From IMG/VR virus record IMGVR_UViG_3300027303_000001: 64,000 nt of DNA; one strand, given 5' to 3'. Below are positions 53,951 through 64,000 of this stretch, in pieces. The stretch's first letter is position 1. Every line of letters begins with the position of its first letter. A model generated the notes under the pieces. That model saw nothing but the letters and a program-made list of their open reading frames with translations. It was not told the DNA's origin and made no database searches. Source of the stretch: an uncultured virus (IMG/VR IMGVR_UViG_3300027303_000001). Taxonomy: Duplodnaviria > Heunggongvirae > Uroviricota > Caudoviricetes. The translations under genes were made by a program, and so were the position numbers.

Positions 53951-54466
53951 ATGGCTGGCAAAAAGTATATGAGCCGCTCCGGCGGTAAAAACGTCCTCGT
54001 TGCGGCCACTCAGGCCTCGGCGGGCGCAGCGAACGCAGGCGACATCGTGGCCCTGGGGTCCGATGGCAAGATCGACAGCTCCATGGTCACTGGCTCCGGC
54101 CCTTCGACACGACCTATCGTGGCGAGTGAAGCGATCGGCGCGGGCAAGTTCGTGAATATCTACTCGAACGCCGGGGTGCTGAACATCCGCCTGGCCGATA
54201 ACTCGAACAGCCGTCCTGCGCATGGGTTTGTTCTGGCGGCTGTGGCCAACGCCGGTACCGGTGCGGTCTACGACATGGACGCAGTGAACAGCGGCTTGTC
54301 GGGGCTTACCATCGGCGCTGATTACTTCCTGGGTACTGCGGGGGGCGTTATCACACCTGCCCTGGACTCGACGACTGCTACCGCGGGCAGCATCGACCAG
54401 CGCATCGGGATCGCTCTCAGCACCACCGAGATCGACACCGAAGATTACGAATTCGTGGTGCTCTGA
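53951..54466 (+). CDS. Tail fibre-associated protein
   Basis: ASEAIGAGKFV...RLAD...AHGFV...GLTIGADYFL...QRIGIALS. Confidence 0.6.
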   Translation: MAGKKYMSRSGGKNVLVAATQASAGAANAGDIVALGSDGKIDSSMVTGSGPSTRPIVASEAIGAGKFVNIYSNAGVLNIRLADNSNSRPAHGFVLAAVANAGTGAVYDMDAVNSGLSGLTIGADYFLGTAGGVITPALDSTTATAGSIDQRIGIALSTTEIDTEDYEFVVL

Positions 54467-56529
54467 TGGCTGCCCGTCGCCCGCTGGTTCGTGTAGGGGG
54501 TCAGAACGTCCAGTTGCCGGCGGGCGATACATTGGCAGGCGTAGGGGATTTCCTGAAAGATGGCTCGGTACAGATGACCGGACCGTTGGCTTATGCGAAT
54601 CAGGCGAATGTAGCGGTCGGCAGCACTACTAACATCGGTGCAGCTAATTCCAACTATATCCGGTTAATCGGCGGGTCTGGGGTTTCAGTTACTCGATTCG
54701 ACGCTAGCGTTGACGGCGCGTTCAGGCATATACGACTGCCTGCCGGGGTAACTTTGGTTAACGGTGCATTCCTGACCCTGCCGGGTTTTTCGGATATTGT
54801 TACTCAGGAGGGCGACTTCGCACTGGCATTCTGTAGTGGTGGCAACACTTGGCGGGTAATCGACTACACTCGCGCAGATGGTACCGCCCTGGTCTCAAGT
54901 GGCGGCTCCGGCCCGGCCAGTACCGACGCGCTGCCTGAAGGATCGACGAATCTCTACTTCACCGCTGTTCGCGTCCTCGGCACCGCGCTGGCGGGCTTCG
55001 CTTCGTCTGTAGGAGCGGTAACAGCCGCAGACACGATCCTGTCAGCTCTGGGAAAACTGGAGGGCACCAAGGCGCCACTGGCGTCGCCTGCGCTCACGGG
55101 TACTCCGACAGCGCCTACAGCAGCCGCAGGGACCAGCACCACCCAAGTCTCGACCACGGCGTTCGCTACCGGCGCGGCCAATGCAGCCGCTGCTGCCAGC
55201 GTCCCGCTGACTTCGGTCGGCGCCGCCAACGGCGTGGCGCCTCTCGGTTCCGACAGCAAGATCGCAGCAGCCTACCTGCCCAGCTACGTCGACGACGTAC
55301 TCGAGTTCGCGAACCTTGCCGCTTTCCCGGCGACGGGCGAGACGGGCAAGATCTACATCGCCCTGGACACCAACCGCGAGTATCGCTGGTCCGGCAGCAT
55401 CTATGTCCAGTTGGTGGCCTCACCGGGTACGACCGACAACGTTCCTGAAGGCACGACGAACCTCTACTTCACCGCTGCGCGCGTGCTCGGTACGGCGCTC
55501 GCAGGCTTCGCCTCGGCCGTCGGCGCGGTAAGCGCTTCGGACTCGATCCTCAGCGCCATCGGCAAGCTTCAGGGTACCAAGGTCGACGCTGTCAGCGGCA
55601 AGGGGTTGTCGACCAACGATTACACCACCGCAGAGCAGACCAAGCTTGCGGGGATAGCTACCGGGGCTACCAACAACCCCGATACCGGGTCTTTGGCCGA
55701 GGGTACGAATCTCTACTTCACGCAGAACCGGGTAAGAGCGACCCTGCTAACAGGTCTGTCCGTCGCGACTGGCGGTGTCATCGCCGCTGCCGATACCGTT
55801 TTGCAGGCGTTCGGCAAACTTCAGTACCAACTGAGCAACCTGACAAAGTCCAACGTCGGGCTCGCTAACGTCGATAACACCAGCGACGTAAACAAGCCGG
55901 TGAGCACTGCCCAGCAGTCGGCATTGGATACCAAAGTCACAAAGACCGGTTCAGAAACTATCGCAGGTGTAAAGACCTTTAGCAGTAGTCCTATTGTTCC
56001 CACGGTCGCAGGTAGCGATACTTCGCAAGCGGCCGCAAGCAGCGCCGGCGTACGAGCGATAATGGCCCAGTTCGGTTTGGGCGCTTCTGATTTGCAACCG
56101 CTAGCCAACGCTGACGACATGACTTTAAAGCCGGGCTGGTACATCACAACGGCTTCAACCACCGGTACTCTGCCGGCTGTGTACGGTATCGTCAGGTCGG
56201 ACAGCCTTGCCGGGGGTGGAAGCACCAATACTTGGGCGCTCTACACGTTTTATGCAACTAACGGAAACATCTACACGCGATTTTCTATAAACCTTGCAGC
56301 GTGGTCGCCGTGGCGCCAGCAAGTTTTTGCAAGCGGCGCAGATTTCACTGGTGCTGTGACATTTGCCGCACCGCTCAAGTTGGGCCAGTACACCCTAACC
56401 ACTCTACCCAGCGCTGCGACCTACAGCGGCTACACGATCGATGTGACAAACGCCACCGGTGGCGTCAAGCAATGTCGGTCGAACGGAGCAAACTGGATAG
56501 TCGTCAACACCACAAACGTAGTGAATTAA
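54466..56529 (+). CDS. Tail fibre protein
   Basis: APLASPALTGTPTAPT, GKGLSTNDYT and VGLANVDNTSD fibre motifs, with internal repeats. Confidence 0.85.
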   Translation: MAARRPLVRVGGQNVQLPAGDTLAGVGDFLKDGSVQMTGPLAYANQANVAVGSTTNIGAANSNYIRLIGGSGVSVTRFDASVDGAFRHIRLPAGVTLVNGAFLTLPGFSDIVTQEGDFALAFCSGGNTWRVIDYTRADGTALVSSGGSGPASTDALPEGSTNLYFTAVRVLGTALAGFASSVGAVTAADTILSALGKLEGTKAPLASPALTGTPTAPTAAAGTSTTQVSTTAFATGAANAAAAASVPLTSVGAANGVAPLGSDSKIAAAYLPSYVDDVLEFANLAAFPATGETGKIYIALDTNREYRWSGSIYVQLVASPGTTDNVPEGTTNLYFTAARVLGTALAGFASAVGAVSASDSILSAIGKLQGTKVDAVSGKGLSTNDYTTAEQTKLAGIATGATNNPDTGSLAEGTNLYFTQNRVRATLLTGLSVATGGVIAAADTVLQAFGKLQYQLSNLTKSNVGLANVDNTSDVNKPVSTAQQSALDTKVTKTGSETIAGVKTFSSSPIVPTVAGSDTSQAAASSAGVRAIMAQFGLGASDLQPLANADDMTLKPGWYITTASTTGTLPAVYGIVRSDSLAGGGSTNTWALYTFYATNGNIYTRFSINLAAWSPWRQQVFASGADFTGAVTFAAPLKLGQYTLTTLPSAATYSGYTIDVTNATGGVKQCRSNGANWIVVNTTNVVN

Positions 56530-56927
56530 TGATGGCCTTTACTAAAGAAATTATCCGAAATGAAGTTTTGCTGCGTTTCGGCGAAGTTGGCGAAGACCGT
56601 GGTAAGTTGGTCGGAGCGCTACAGCGCAGCTTGGAACAAGTGCTGGAAGATGGGGTTATTATCAGCTCAAAAGCGCTCGATCCCGAACAGCTTTCAACAA
56701 TTCCCAATCAGTCTGGAACGCCACTGGCGGATGTGCTCGGTGAAGTGAACGCTCAGACGATCGTCGATAACCAGTTGATGATCGCTAGAATAGAAGCTGG
56801 GCAGGCGAACGTGGTGACACTTACCGAGCAACTTGACGCGGCGCGAATCGAAATCCAACGGTTGAAAGACCTGCTAGCGCAGCCCGCAGAGGTCGAAGCC
56901 GTAGGGCCAACCGACCGAAACACTTAG
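56529..56927 (+). CDS. Tail fibre chaperone-like coiled-coil protein
   Basis: TAATG-coupled to the fibre gene: MMAFTKEIIRNEVLLRF... Confidence 0.6.
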   Translation: MMAFTKEIIRNEVLLRFGEVGEDRGKLVGALQRSLEQVLEDGVIISSKALDPEQLSTIPNQSGTPLADVLGEVNAQTIVDNQLMIARIEAGQANVVTLTEQLDAARIEIQRLKDLLAQPAEVEAVGPTDRNT

Positions 56928-56956
56928 TAACACTCGACTGATTAAAGGAGATTGGC

Positions 56957-57553
56957 GTGCTCTACATATACGGAAAGCTTAACAGCACCGAGTTCTACGA
57001 CAACGGCGGACCTCTGGACCCACCTGACCCGAACTGGATTTTGATGGTCGGCTACCCGCCCGCGGTGTCCGGGGCGACGCCGCCGAACCCTTATTTCGAA
57101 TATCGGGCGCAAACCAACGGCACCTGGCTCGAGTTCGCTATCCCTGCCCCGGCGAGAGTGCTGGTGGTGCATGACGGTAAACTGAAGACCGTCAGCTGCA
57201 TTTACTTGGGAACCGATTTCGCAGAGACCTCCGTCGGCGCGCTCCCAAGTTTCGCCGCCTCGCAGCGACGTCGGACCCGCAAAGACATCACTATCGGTGC
57301 GAACGGCGTCGGGACCATCGACATCACCCCGCCTGCCGGCCAACCTCCGTACGCTGTTGCGCCTGACATTGATCCTATCGTCACCACCAACGCGTCGGGC
57401 ACGGTGACCTACGTTCCTAAGGTCTCCGCCCTCAGTACGACCTCGCTGTCTGTTACGGCCGTACGTACGAAGGGCACTTTGCTATTGACCGCCGGACCGA
57501 TCGAAGCGGCCGTCGCCGGCGACGTGGTATCCGTCTGGATTATCGAAAAGTAG
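56957..57553 (+). CDS. Hypothetical tail-associated protein
   Basis: AAGGAG RBS before GTG; Thr-rich, beta-rich C-terminus. Confidence 0.55.
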   Translation: MLYIYGKLNSTEFYDNGGPLDPPDPNWILMVGYPPAVSGATPPNPYFEYRAQTNGTWLEFAIPAPARVLVVHDGKLKTVSCIYLGTDFAETSVGALPSFAASQRRRTRKDITIGANGVGTIDITPPAGQPPYAVAPDIDPIVTTNASGTVTYVPKVSALSTTSLSVTAVRTKGTLLLTAGPIEAAVAGDVVSVWIIEK

Positions 57554-57630
57554 GTTGACCTTTCGATAAGTCGCTTCTGTGTTGCATCTACGGTATAGTC
57601 CGGCCAAACGCCATACTGGAGATGCAACAC

Positions 57631-58122
57631 ATGAGCGGCAACGTTGAAGACCCACGTACGGGGATTCAGTTGTTTTCGCCCGCCGGACCTGAGTTTCGGC
57701 CAGAGTGGGATCAGCGACTGGTAGTCGACTTCGCACTTGGCACTACAACCGAAACTATCCTTGAGGTTCACAATCTCCAGGCGCATCAATTCGATGCGAT
57801 CTGCCGCACGCCGACGTTCGTCATGGCTGTTGCAGACCTGAAAAAGTCCCTCGAGAAAGATGGCGCGACCTTCAAATTCAAAGCCGGCCTACAAGTCGAT
57901 TCCTACCTGAGCGTCGCCCACAGCATGATCACGGATCCGGAAATGGACCCCCGTGTTCGCACCCGGCTGATCGAGGACATGGCTCGCTGGGCGGGCTACG
58001 ACCAGCCCGCGCAGGTGGGTGGCGGCGGGGCCGGTCGAGGCTTCGAGATCAACATTCAGTTCGGCGTCGGCGGCAACCGTTCGGGCCTGACCATCGACGC
58101 GGACGAGATCAATGGGAACTAA
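57631..58122 (+). CDS. Putative terminase small subunit
   Basis: Directly upstream of and overlapping the large terminase; ends with a FEINIQF-type tail. Confidence 0.6.
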   Translation: MSGNVEDPRTGIQLFSPAGPEFRPEWDQRLVVDFALGTTTETILEVHNLQAHQFDAICRTPTFVMAVADLKKSLEKDGATFKFKAGLQVDSYLSVAHSMITDPEMDPRVRTRLIEDMARWAGYDQPAQVGGGGAGRGFEINIQFGVGGNRSGLTIDADEINGN

Positions 58123-59539
58123 GCTCTACGCACCGGAGCCGATCGCCGAGGCGTTCATCCTCGACGACAAGTTCTACACCTTCATTGTCGGCCCTGTGGG
58201 TTCGGCGAAGACCACCGCGATCATGATGAAGATCGTGCACCGGGCCAAGCTCCAGGCGCCCTCTCCCGTCGATGGGGTGCGCCGCACCCGGTGGGTGGTC
58301 GTCCGTAACACCATGCCACAGCTGAAAGACACCACGCTCAAGTCGTGGTTTACGTGGTTCCCTGACGGACAGGCTGGTCACTGGGTCTCCAGCACCAACA
58401 CGTTCTGGATGAAGTTCGGCGACGTCGAGGCGGAGATCATGTTCCGGCCGCTGGATACCGCGGACGACGTTCGGCGCGTACTGTCGCTGGAAGTCACCGG
58501 GGCAATCCTTGACGAGTTCACCGAGATCCCTGCGGCGATCATGGAAGCGCTGTCCGGCCGGTGCGGTCGTTACCCTTCGGCCGTCGATGGCGGACCGACG
58601 TGGTGGGGTATGTGGGGCGCTACGAACCCGGGCAACGAGGACAACTTCTGGTTCGACTGGCTGTACAGCGACTGGGAGGACGACCTCGATGGCAAGATCA
58701 AGGCGGCCAAACTGGGTTATTACCAGCAGCCGAGCGGTTTCAGCCCGTACGCCGAGAACATTGAGAACCTGCCTGGCAAGCGCGACTACTACGTCAACCT
58801 GGCGTCCGGTAAATCCGAGGCCTGGATCAAGCAATACATCGAGGTCAACTGGGGTTACAGCCTCAAGGGGCTGCCGGTGTATCGGGCGTTCAAGCCGGAC
58901 TTGCATGTCGCCAAGCGCTCGCTGATCTACAACCCTCACTTACCGCTGATCATTGGCTTCGACCCGGGGTTCGTCTGGAGCGCGGCTATACTGGGGCAGC
59001 AGGACAGTCACGGACGCATCGCTATCTTGCGGGAGGTCATCGGTCACCAGACGGGTGCCAAGCGGTTCTGCAATGAAAAGCTCAAGCCCATGTTGGCCAT
59101 GAACTTCCCCGGCGCCCAGATCATCATCAGCGCCGACCCTGCATCCAAGTCGAGCGCGCAGACCGACGAGCAGAGCGTGTACAAAGTCCTCAAGGAAGAA
59201 ATGGGCGTACCGGTCAAGACTGCGTCGACCAACTTGCTGGAGCCGCGCCTGGCTGCCGTCGAGGACTACCTGACGCGCCTGACTGACGTGGGGCCGGCGC
59301 TGCTTATCGACCCGTCCTGCACTACCCTTATTCGTGGATTTAAGTCAGGATACCGCTACAACGTGTCGAACAAGGGCGCGCAGGCAGACGTCCCGGAAAA
59401 GAACGAATACAGCCACCCGCACGATGCGTGCCAATATTTAGCGCTTGCGTTCAAAGGGGAAGCGTTTCGTGACGCCAAGCGCCGCAAGGCTGCCAGCGTC
59501 GGCTTCACTGGACACCAGCAGAACCCATACGCTTACTAG
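58112..59539 (+). CDS. terL: Terminase large subunit
   Basis: Walker A GPVGSAKT, VVRNT, Walker B ILDE, ATNP, GFDPG and SHPHDACQY. Confidence 0.92.
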   Translation: MGTKLYAPEPIAEAFILDDKFYTFIVGPVGSAKTTAIMMKIVHRAKLQAPSPVDGVRRTRWVVVRNTMPQLKDTTLKSWFTWFPDGQAGHWVSSTNTFWMKFGDVEAEIMFRPLDTADDVRRVLSLEVTGAILDEFTEIPAAIMEALSGRCGRYPSAVDGGPTWWGMWGATNPGNEDNFWFDWLYSDWEDDLDGKIKAAKLGYYQQPSGFSPYAENIENLPGKRDYYVNLASGKSEAWIKQYIEVNWGYSLKGLPVYRAFKPDLHVAKRSLIYNPHLPLIIGFDPGFVWSAAILGQQDSHGRIAILREVIGHQTGAKRFCNEKLKPMLAMNFPGAQIIISADPASKSSAQTDEQSVYKVLKEEMGVPVKTASTNLLEPRLAAVEDYLTRLTDVGPALLIDPSCTTLIRGFKSGYRYNVSNKGAQADVPEKNEYSHPHDACQYLALAFKGEAFRDAKRRKAASVGFTGHQQNPYAY

Positions 59540-59546
59540 GTGAATC

Positions 59547-61685
59547 ATGGCAGACGAAATTTTAGACCCGGACGCAGAACCCGCAAAGCACGAAGGCACG
59601 CCGGAAGGCAAGGCCAAGCTGGGCGGAGTGCTGGCGGGTCGGTTTTCCGTCTACAAGAGCGATCGCAAGACAGCCGAAAACCAGTGGCTGCTGAATGTTC
59701 GTCAGTTCCTCGGGAAGTACGATCCTGCGCTGGAACAGGCGATGGCCAAGGGCATGAGTCGCGCGTATCCGAAGATTACCCGGGTCAAATGCACCAGCAT
59801 GAAGTCGCGGCTCATGAGCCTCCTGTTCCCCGCCGGGGAGAAGAACTGGAGCATCAGCGCGTCGCCGGTACCGAACTTACCGCTGGAGACCCTGATCGAA
59901 GCGTTGGACGCCTGGCGCCTCCAGAATCCCGGGGTGCAGCCGACGCAGGACCAGCTCGATAAGCTGGTAGCTGATACCGCGGAGAAGATCGCCGATTTTC
60001 AAGAGAAGGTCATCGACGACCAGCTCCAGGACATCGACCCGTACAACTCGACCGACTACGAGACGCTGGTCGGCAAGGTCGTTACCTCCTCCGTTCTGTA
60101 TGGTCCAGGTATCGCCAAGGGGCCTATGACCGTCAAGGACACCCTGAGCCGCTACGAGATCGACGCGGGAGGCATGCCCCAAGTGGTAGAGGTGGAAGGG
60201 TACCGCCCGTACTACGAGTTCGTGCCCTGCTGGAACTACTACCCTGAGATGGGCGCCACCACGTTCGACCAGATGGAAGGCGAGTTCGAGCGGCACGTGT
60301 ACTCCAAGCACCAAGCACTGGAGCTGGCAAAGCGCGCGGACTTCGACGGCAAGGCCATTCGTGACTACGTGCGCGAACACTCCGACGGCAACTATGTCAG
60401 GCTCAGCTATGAAAACGACCTTGAGTCGATCGGGGGAAGTCAGAGCGCTACCTCGTTACCGAAGGGCAGTAAGTTCGAGTTCCTTGAGTATTGGGGTAGC
60501 GCTCCGGGCAAGGAATTGGCTGACGCTGGGTGCGACGGTATCAAGGACGACGAGATGGACGACGACGTGCGCTACACGGCGTGGATCGTCGAAAACACCA
60601 TCATTAAGATCGGTCGCAATCCGTTCCCCGAAGGTTCTAAGGTGTACCACCAGTTCATCTTCGAGGAGGACGAAGTGAACCTTATGGGCTCCGGTCTGCC
60701 GCCGATCATGCGCGACAGCCAGTTGGCCATCGCCAGTGGCGCGCGCATGCTAATCGACAACGGCTCGGTGGCGTGCGGGCCGAACGTCGAAGTGAATACC
60801 GACCTGCTCGACCCCACCCAGACCGACATGTCGATCAAACCGTTCAAGGTATGGCGTACCGAGGGGAATACCGGCAACGGGCAGGTGATCCGCTCAATCA
60901 ACTTCGAGTCGCGAATCACTGAGATCCTGGCGCTGATGAACCAGTTCCTGAAGTTTGCCGACACTGAGACCTTCGTCAACCCTTTGACCAATGGCGACAT
61001 GGAAGGCGTGTCTGGCGAAGCGATGCGCACCACCGGCGGCGCGTCGATGATCTACGGCAACGCCGCGCTGCCGTTCCGGGACATCGTGCGCAACTTCGAC
61101 CGGTTCACTGTCAGCGTGATCCACGCACTGGTGCAGTGGAACCTGGTGTTCAACGCCGACCGGGACAAGCTGGCAGGTGATACGCGGCCGGTGCCGCGCG
61201 GCGCCACGTCGCTGATGGCCAAAGAGATGCGCTCATTCGCGCTCGACAACCTGGCGCAGACGTTGTCTCCAGAAGACATGGTCTACATCAACCGCCAGGC
61301 GCTGCTCGAGGAACGGTTGAAGGTCCGCGATCTGCCGCTCAACAGCATTATGGCGACCAAAGAACAGATCGCTCAGAACCAGCAGCAGGCTGCGCAGCAA
61401 TCCCAACAGGCGATGCAGCAGCAGATGGCCATGGCACAGGCTACGCTGGAGAATCTGAACAGCGACACCGCCAAGCAGCTGTCTCAGGCCCAGAAGAATC
61501 TCGACTCGGCCGACGCCACTATCTTCAAGGCGCTGGTGGACGCCATACAGGCCGGAGCCTCAATCAATGAACTTCAATCAATCACGGCAAGAGCTGGTCA
61601 AAGCCGCGCAGACGTCAGTCGGCCACCCGCTGCTGCTGGGACTCCGACAGTATCTGGAGTCCCAAGAATTGGCGCTGTTGGGTAA
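59547..61685 (+). CDS. Portal protein
   Basis: 712 aa following terL: YGPGIAKGP, GSGLP...RDSQ, RTTGGASM and a Gln-rich barrel tail. Confidence 0.85.
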   Translation: MADEILDPDAEPAKHEGTPEGKAKLGGVLAGRFSVYKSDRKTAENQWLLNVRQFLGKYDPALEQAMAKGMSRAYPKITRVKCTSMKSRLMSLLFPAGEKNWSISASPVPNLPLETLIEALDAWRLQNPGVQPTQDQLDKLVADTAEKIADFQEKVIDDQLQDIDPYNSTDYETLVGKVVTSSVLYGPGIAKGPMTVKDTLSRYEIDAGGMPQVVEVEGYRPYYEFVPCWNYYPEMGATTFDQMEGEFERHVYSKHQALELAKRADFDGKAIRDYVREHSDGNYVRLSYENDLESIGGSQSATSLPKGSKFEFLEYWGSAPGKELADAGCDGIKDDEMDDDVRYTAWIVENTIIKIGRNPFPEGSKVYHQFIFEEDEVNLMGSGLPPIMRDSQLAIASGARMLIDNGSVACGPNVEVNTDLLDPTQTDMSIKPFKVWRTEGNTGNGQVIRSINFESRITEILALMNQFLKFADTETFVNPLTNGDMEGVSGEAMRTTGGASMIYGNAALPFRDIVRNFDRFTVSVIHALVQWNLVFNADRDKLAGDTRPVPRGATSLMAKEMRSFALDNLAQTLSPEDMVYINRQALLEERLKVRDLPLNSIMATKEQIAQNQQQAAQQSQQAMQQQMAMAQATLENLNSDTAKQLSQAQKNLDSADATIFKALVDAIQAGASINELQSITARAGQSRADVSRPPAAAGTPTVSGVPRIGAVG

Positions 61686-61797
61686 ACTCGGGGCCGAGCG
61701 CGACCCTGTGGAAATGTACCGGCTACAAGGGCAAGTCGCCCAAGTTCGCGGTATGATGCGGGACCTGATGCCTCGTGTAGAGTCGCAGGACAATTGA
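61567..61797 (+). CDS. Small head-module protein overlapping the portal 3' end
   Basis: 76 aa, EMYRLQGQV pattern typical of the gene after the portal. Confidence 0.6.
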   Translation: MNFNQSRQELVKAAQTSVGHPLLLGLRQYLESQELALLGKLGAERDPVEMYRLQGQVAQVRGMMRDLMPRVESQDN

Positions 61798-61822
61798 CAC
61801 ACAACCGATTCCGGAGTAAATA
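61794..61822 (+). promoter_or_regulatory. Possible promoter for the scaffold/capsid genes
   Basis: TTGACA-17nt-TAAATA. Confidence 0.45.
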
Positions 61823-61828
61823 GCCACC

Positions 61829-62827
61829 ATGTCGAATGCCAATGTTGATACGAACGATACGCCGACCGCTGATGGGTTTGACGAAGCGTTCGAACAAGCG
61901 TCAAGCGGACTGCCAGCCCCCGCGGCTGCTGCGGCAGGTGCTGCTGACTCCGAGAAGCAGGAACCTCAAGCTGCTCCGCAGCCAGACGCGCCGCCAGTAG
62001 AACCCGCTCCTGCCGCCGAGGCACCGCCCGCCGCGCCGACGACTGAGCAGATCGCTGCGGATATCGAGGCGAACGCTGCCGCCCCCTCTCAGCCGCCTGC
62101 GAGCGCCCCGCCTGCCGCTGCTCCTGCACCAGCGCCGGTACCGCAGATCGACCCAGAGTTCCTGGCTCAGGCAATCGCGGAAGCAAACAAACGCAACAAG
62201 GCCGCTGAACCCGCCCCTGCCAAGCAGGAGTATGTGCCAGTCACCGCCGAGACGTTCCTGAGCGACGTCGATAAGGCAGGCCTGGCCAAGTTCAAGAACG
62301 AATGGCCGGACGAATTCCCAGCACTTCAGGCGCTTATCAAGGCCGAGGCGCAGGCGATAGTAGCCAACTCCACCCACCAGTTGGTTACGCAGTTTGATAG
62401 TGTTCTGGCGCCGCTTCAGCAGTCCACGCAGAAAGCGGAGGTGAACAGCCACATGGGCGCGATTCGCGCGGCCCACCCTGATCTGGATTCGATTCTGGAC
62501 AAGGTGCCCGGGTGGATCGAGTCTCAACCCGCTATCCTGCGCCCGCAGTTCCAGAACATCTACGAGAAGGGCAGCGCTGGAGAAGTGGTTGAAATGCTCA
62601 ACATGTACAAAGCGTCGGCCAACCCGGGTGCAGCGCCAGCGACACCAGCCCCGGCAGCTGCGCAACAGACTCCGGCACAACCCGCTAAACCCAAGGCTCC
62701 TGTCGCTCCGGCAGCAGTCGCGGCTACAGCGGCAGTGCCGGCGTCGCAACGCACTAACCAGTCCAAGGGTACCGACCCGAACGACTTCGACGCTGCGTTT
62801 AACGAAGCTGCTGCGCACACCTCTTGA
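61829..62827 (+). CDS. Capsid scaffolding protein
   Basis: Acidic and Pro/Ala-rich, with FDEAF/FDAAF at the two ends. Lies immediately before the MCP gene. Confidence 0.7.
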   Translation: MSNANVDTNDTPTADGFDEAFEQASSGLPAPAAAAAGAADSEKQEPQAAPQPDAPPVEPAPAAEAPPAAPTTEQIAADIEANAAAPSQPPASAPPAAAPAPAPVPQIDPEFLAQAIAEANKRNKAAEPAPAKQEYVPVTAETFLSDVDKAGLAKFKNEWPDEFPALQALIKAEAQAIVANSTHQLVTQFDSVLAPLQQSTQKAEVNSHMGAIRAAHPDLDSILDKVPGWIESQPAILRPQFQNIYEKGSAGEVVEMLNMYKASANPGAAPATPAPAAAQQTPAQPAKPKAPVAPAAVAATAAVPASQRTNQSKGTDPNDFDAAFNEAAAHTS

Positions 62828-62853
62828 CCGACTGATACCGAAGGAGCAACACC

Positions 62854-63921
62854 ATGGCTTATACTGGCACCACGTACGGTGACATCACTCCACGCCAGAA
62901 TGCCTATTCTGTCGTGGGCTTCCTCGAACGCGCTATTCCTTTGATGACCATCGAGAAATTCGGTCAGGTCTTCGTGGTGCCGCCGAACAGCACTCAGACC
63001 GCCAAGTTCCGCCGCTACTTCATCGCGGGCGGCACCGGCTCCTACAGTGGCAACGCTGGCAACTACAGCATGCCGTTGGCGCTGACTCCGCTGACCGAAG
63101 GCGTGACCCCGGTCGGCAAGAAGCTGGCCAGCAAGGACTACACCGTACAGATGCAACAGTACGGCGACTGGATTGGTTTCTCGGATGTCATCGAAGACAC
63201 CCACGAAGACTACCCAGCGGTCCTGCGCGAACTGATGAACGCGCTGGGCGAGTCGGCTGCGCACACCGTGGAAACGCTGCGCTACAACGTGCTGAAAGCA
63301 GGGACCAACGTGTTCTACGCGAACGGCGCTACTCGTGCCGCGGTGAACACTCCGATCAGCCTGCGCCTGCAACGCAACATCACTCGCTCGCTGAAGCGCC
63401 AGAACGCGAAGATGATTTCGACTTCGCTCAAATCGTCTGTGGCGTACAACACCCAGCCGATCGAAGCGGCGTTCGTCGCGCTGTGCCACCCCGACGTTGA
63501 GAACGACATCCGCGACATGGATGGCTTCATCAACATCAAGCACTACGCCCAGGGCTCGGCCTTCGAAGGCGAGATCGGTTCGGTCGAAGACGTTCGCTAC
63601 ATTCGTTCCACTGTCTTCGAATCGTTCCCAGACGCGGGCGGCACCAACGGAGCTGCCGGTACCTCGGCGGAAATGATTTCCACCAGCGGTACCAAGGCCG
63701 ACGTGTACCCGGTGATCTACCTGGCGCGCGACGCGTTCGGTGTGGTTGCCCTGCGTGGCAAGAACGTGGCCAACATCATGGTCGTTCAGCCGAAGGCGAC
63801 CGAGTCGGACCCACTGGCCCAACGCGGTACCGCAGGCTGGAAGCTCTGGAACGCCACTGTGATCCTGCAAGACGCCTTCCTCGTGCGTCTGGAAGTGGCA
63901 GCAAGCGCAGGTAATGCGTAA
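62854..63921 (+). CDS. Major capsid protein (N4-gp56-like family)
   Basis: TYGDI, PLTEGVTP, QYGDW, CHPD, GEIGSVEDVR and DPLAQRGTAGWK motifs. Confidence 0.9.
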   Translation: MAYTGTTYGDITPRQNAYSVVGFLERAIPLMTIEKFGQVFVVPPNSTQTAKFRRYFIAGGTGSYSGNAGNYSMPLALTPLTEGVTPVGKKLASKDYTVQMQQYGDWIGFSDVIEDTHEDYPAVLRELMNALGESAAHTVETLRYNVLKAGTNVFYANGATRAAVNTPISLRLQRNITRSLKRQNAKMISTSLKSSVAYNTQPIEAAFVALCHPDVENDIRDMDGFINIKHYAQGSAFEGEIGSVEDVRYIRSTVFESFPDAGGTNGAAGTSAEMISTSGTKADVYPVIYLARDAFGVVALRGKNVANIMVVQPKATESDPLAQRGTAGWKLWNATVILQDAFLVRLEVAASAGNA

Positions 63922-63941
63922 GCTGTAAGCAGGTAAGGCAG

Positions 63942-63966
63942 ACAACCCCTTCGGGGGTTGTTTTCT
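63942..63966 (+). terminator. Rho-independent terminator after the MCP gene
   Basis: ACAACCCC-TTCG-GGGGTTGT followed by TTTCT. Confidence 0.85.
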
Positions 63967-64000
63967 ATACGCACCAAACAGCCGTCCGGGGACTCTCCAT

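Noticed and set aside
54466..56529. Diversity-generating retroelement or invertase acting on the tail fibre
   Set aside because: No reverse transcriptase, recombinase or adenine-specific template/variable repeat pair is visible.
1..64000. Lysogeny module or modified-base biosynthesis pathway
   Set aside because: I recognise no integrase, ParA, PurZ, queuosine-pathway or thymidine-modification genes. The small part of the genome outside the window cannot be assessed.

Overview
The window looks like nearly all of a circularly permuted, GC-rich tailed-phage genome. The host is probably a Pseudomonas-like gammaproteobacterium (inference only). I see no integrase, rRNA or CRISPR array. The plus strand carries the late genes: head-tail and internal virion proteins, a lysis cassette and tail proteins (1-15.5 kb), then three tRNAs, tail fibre, terminase, portal, scaffold and major capsid protein (48.5-64 kb). 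The minus strand carries the replication and early genes (15.5-48.1 kb): primase-helicase, an SSB-like protein, an SNF2 helicase with an intein, VRR-NUC, a SLOG-Cas4-like fusion, PolA, an exonuclease, DNA ligase, a C5-methyltransferase-like protein and many small ORFs. An AT-rich repeat region at 46.8-48.5 kb separates the two arms. Four observations stand out. (1) About 14 divergent small paralogues share a fixed-spacing C-terminal motif and cluster around a MoxR-type AAA+ ATPase, an HExxH-VWA protein and a DUF3150-like protein; this may be a modular adaptor-plus-remodeller system. (2) DNA polymerase is split into two genes by a natural split intein with a free-standing HNH endonuclease between the halves. 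(3) The perfect palindrome TCACGACWGTCGTGA occurs six times, all in the early region. (4) The SSB-like protein has a greatly expanded GWG/Gln-rich disordered tail. All family assignments come from recognising motifs by eye, not from database searches.
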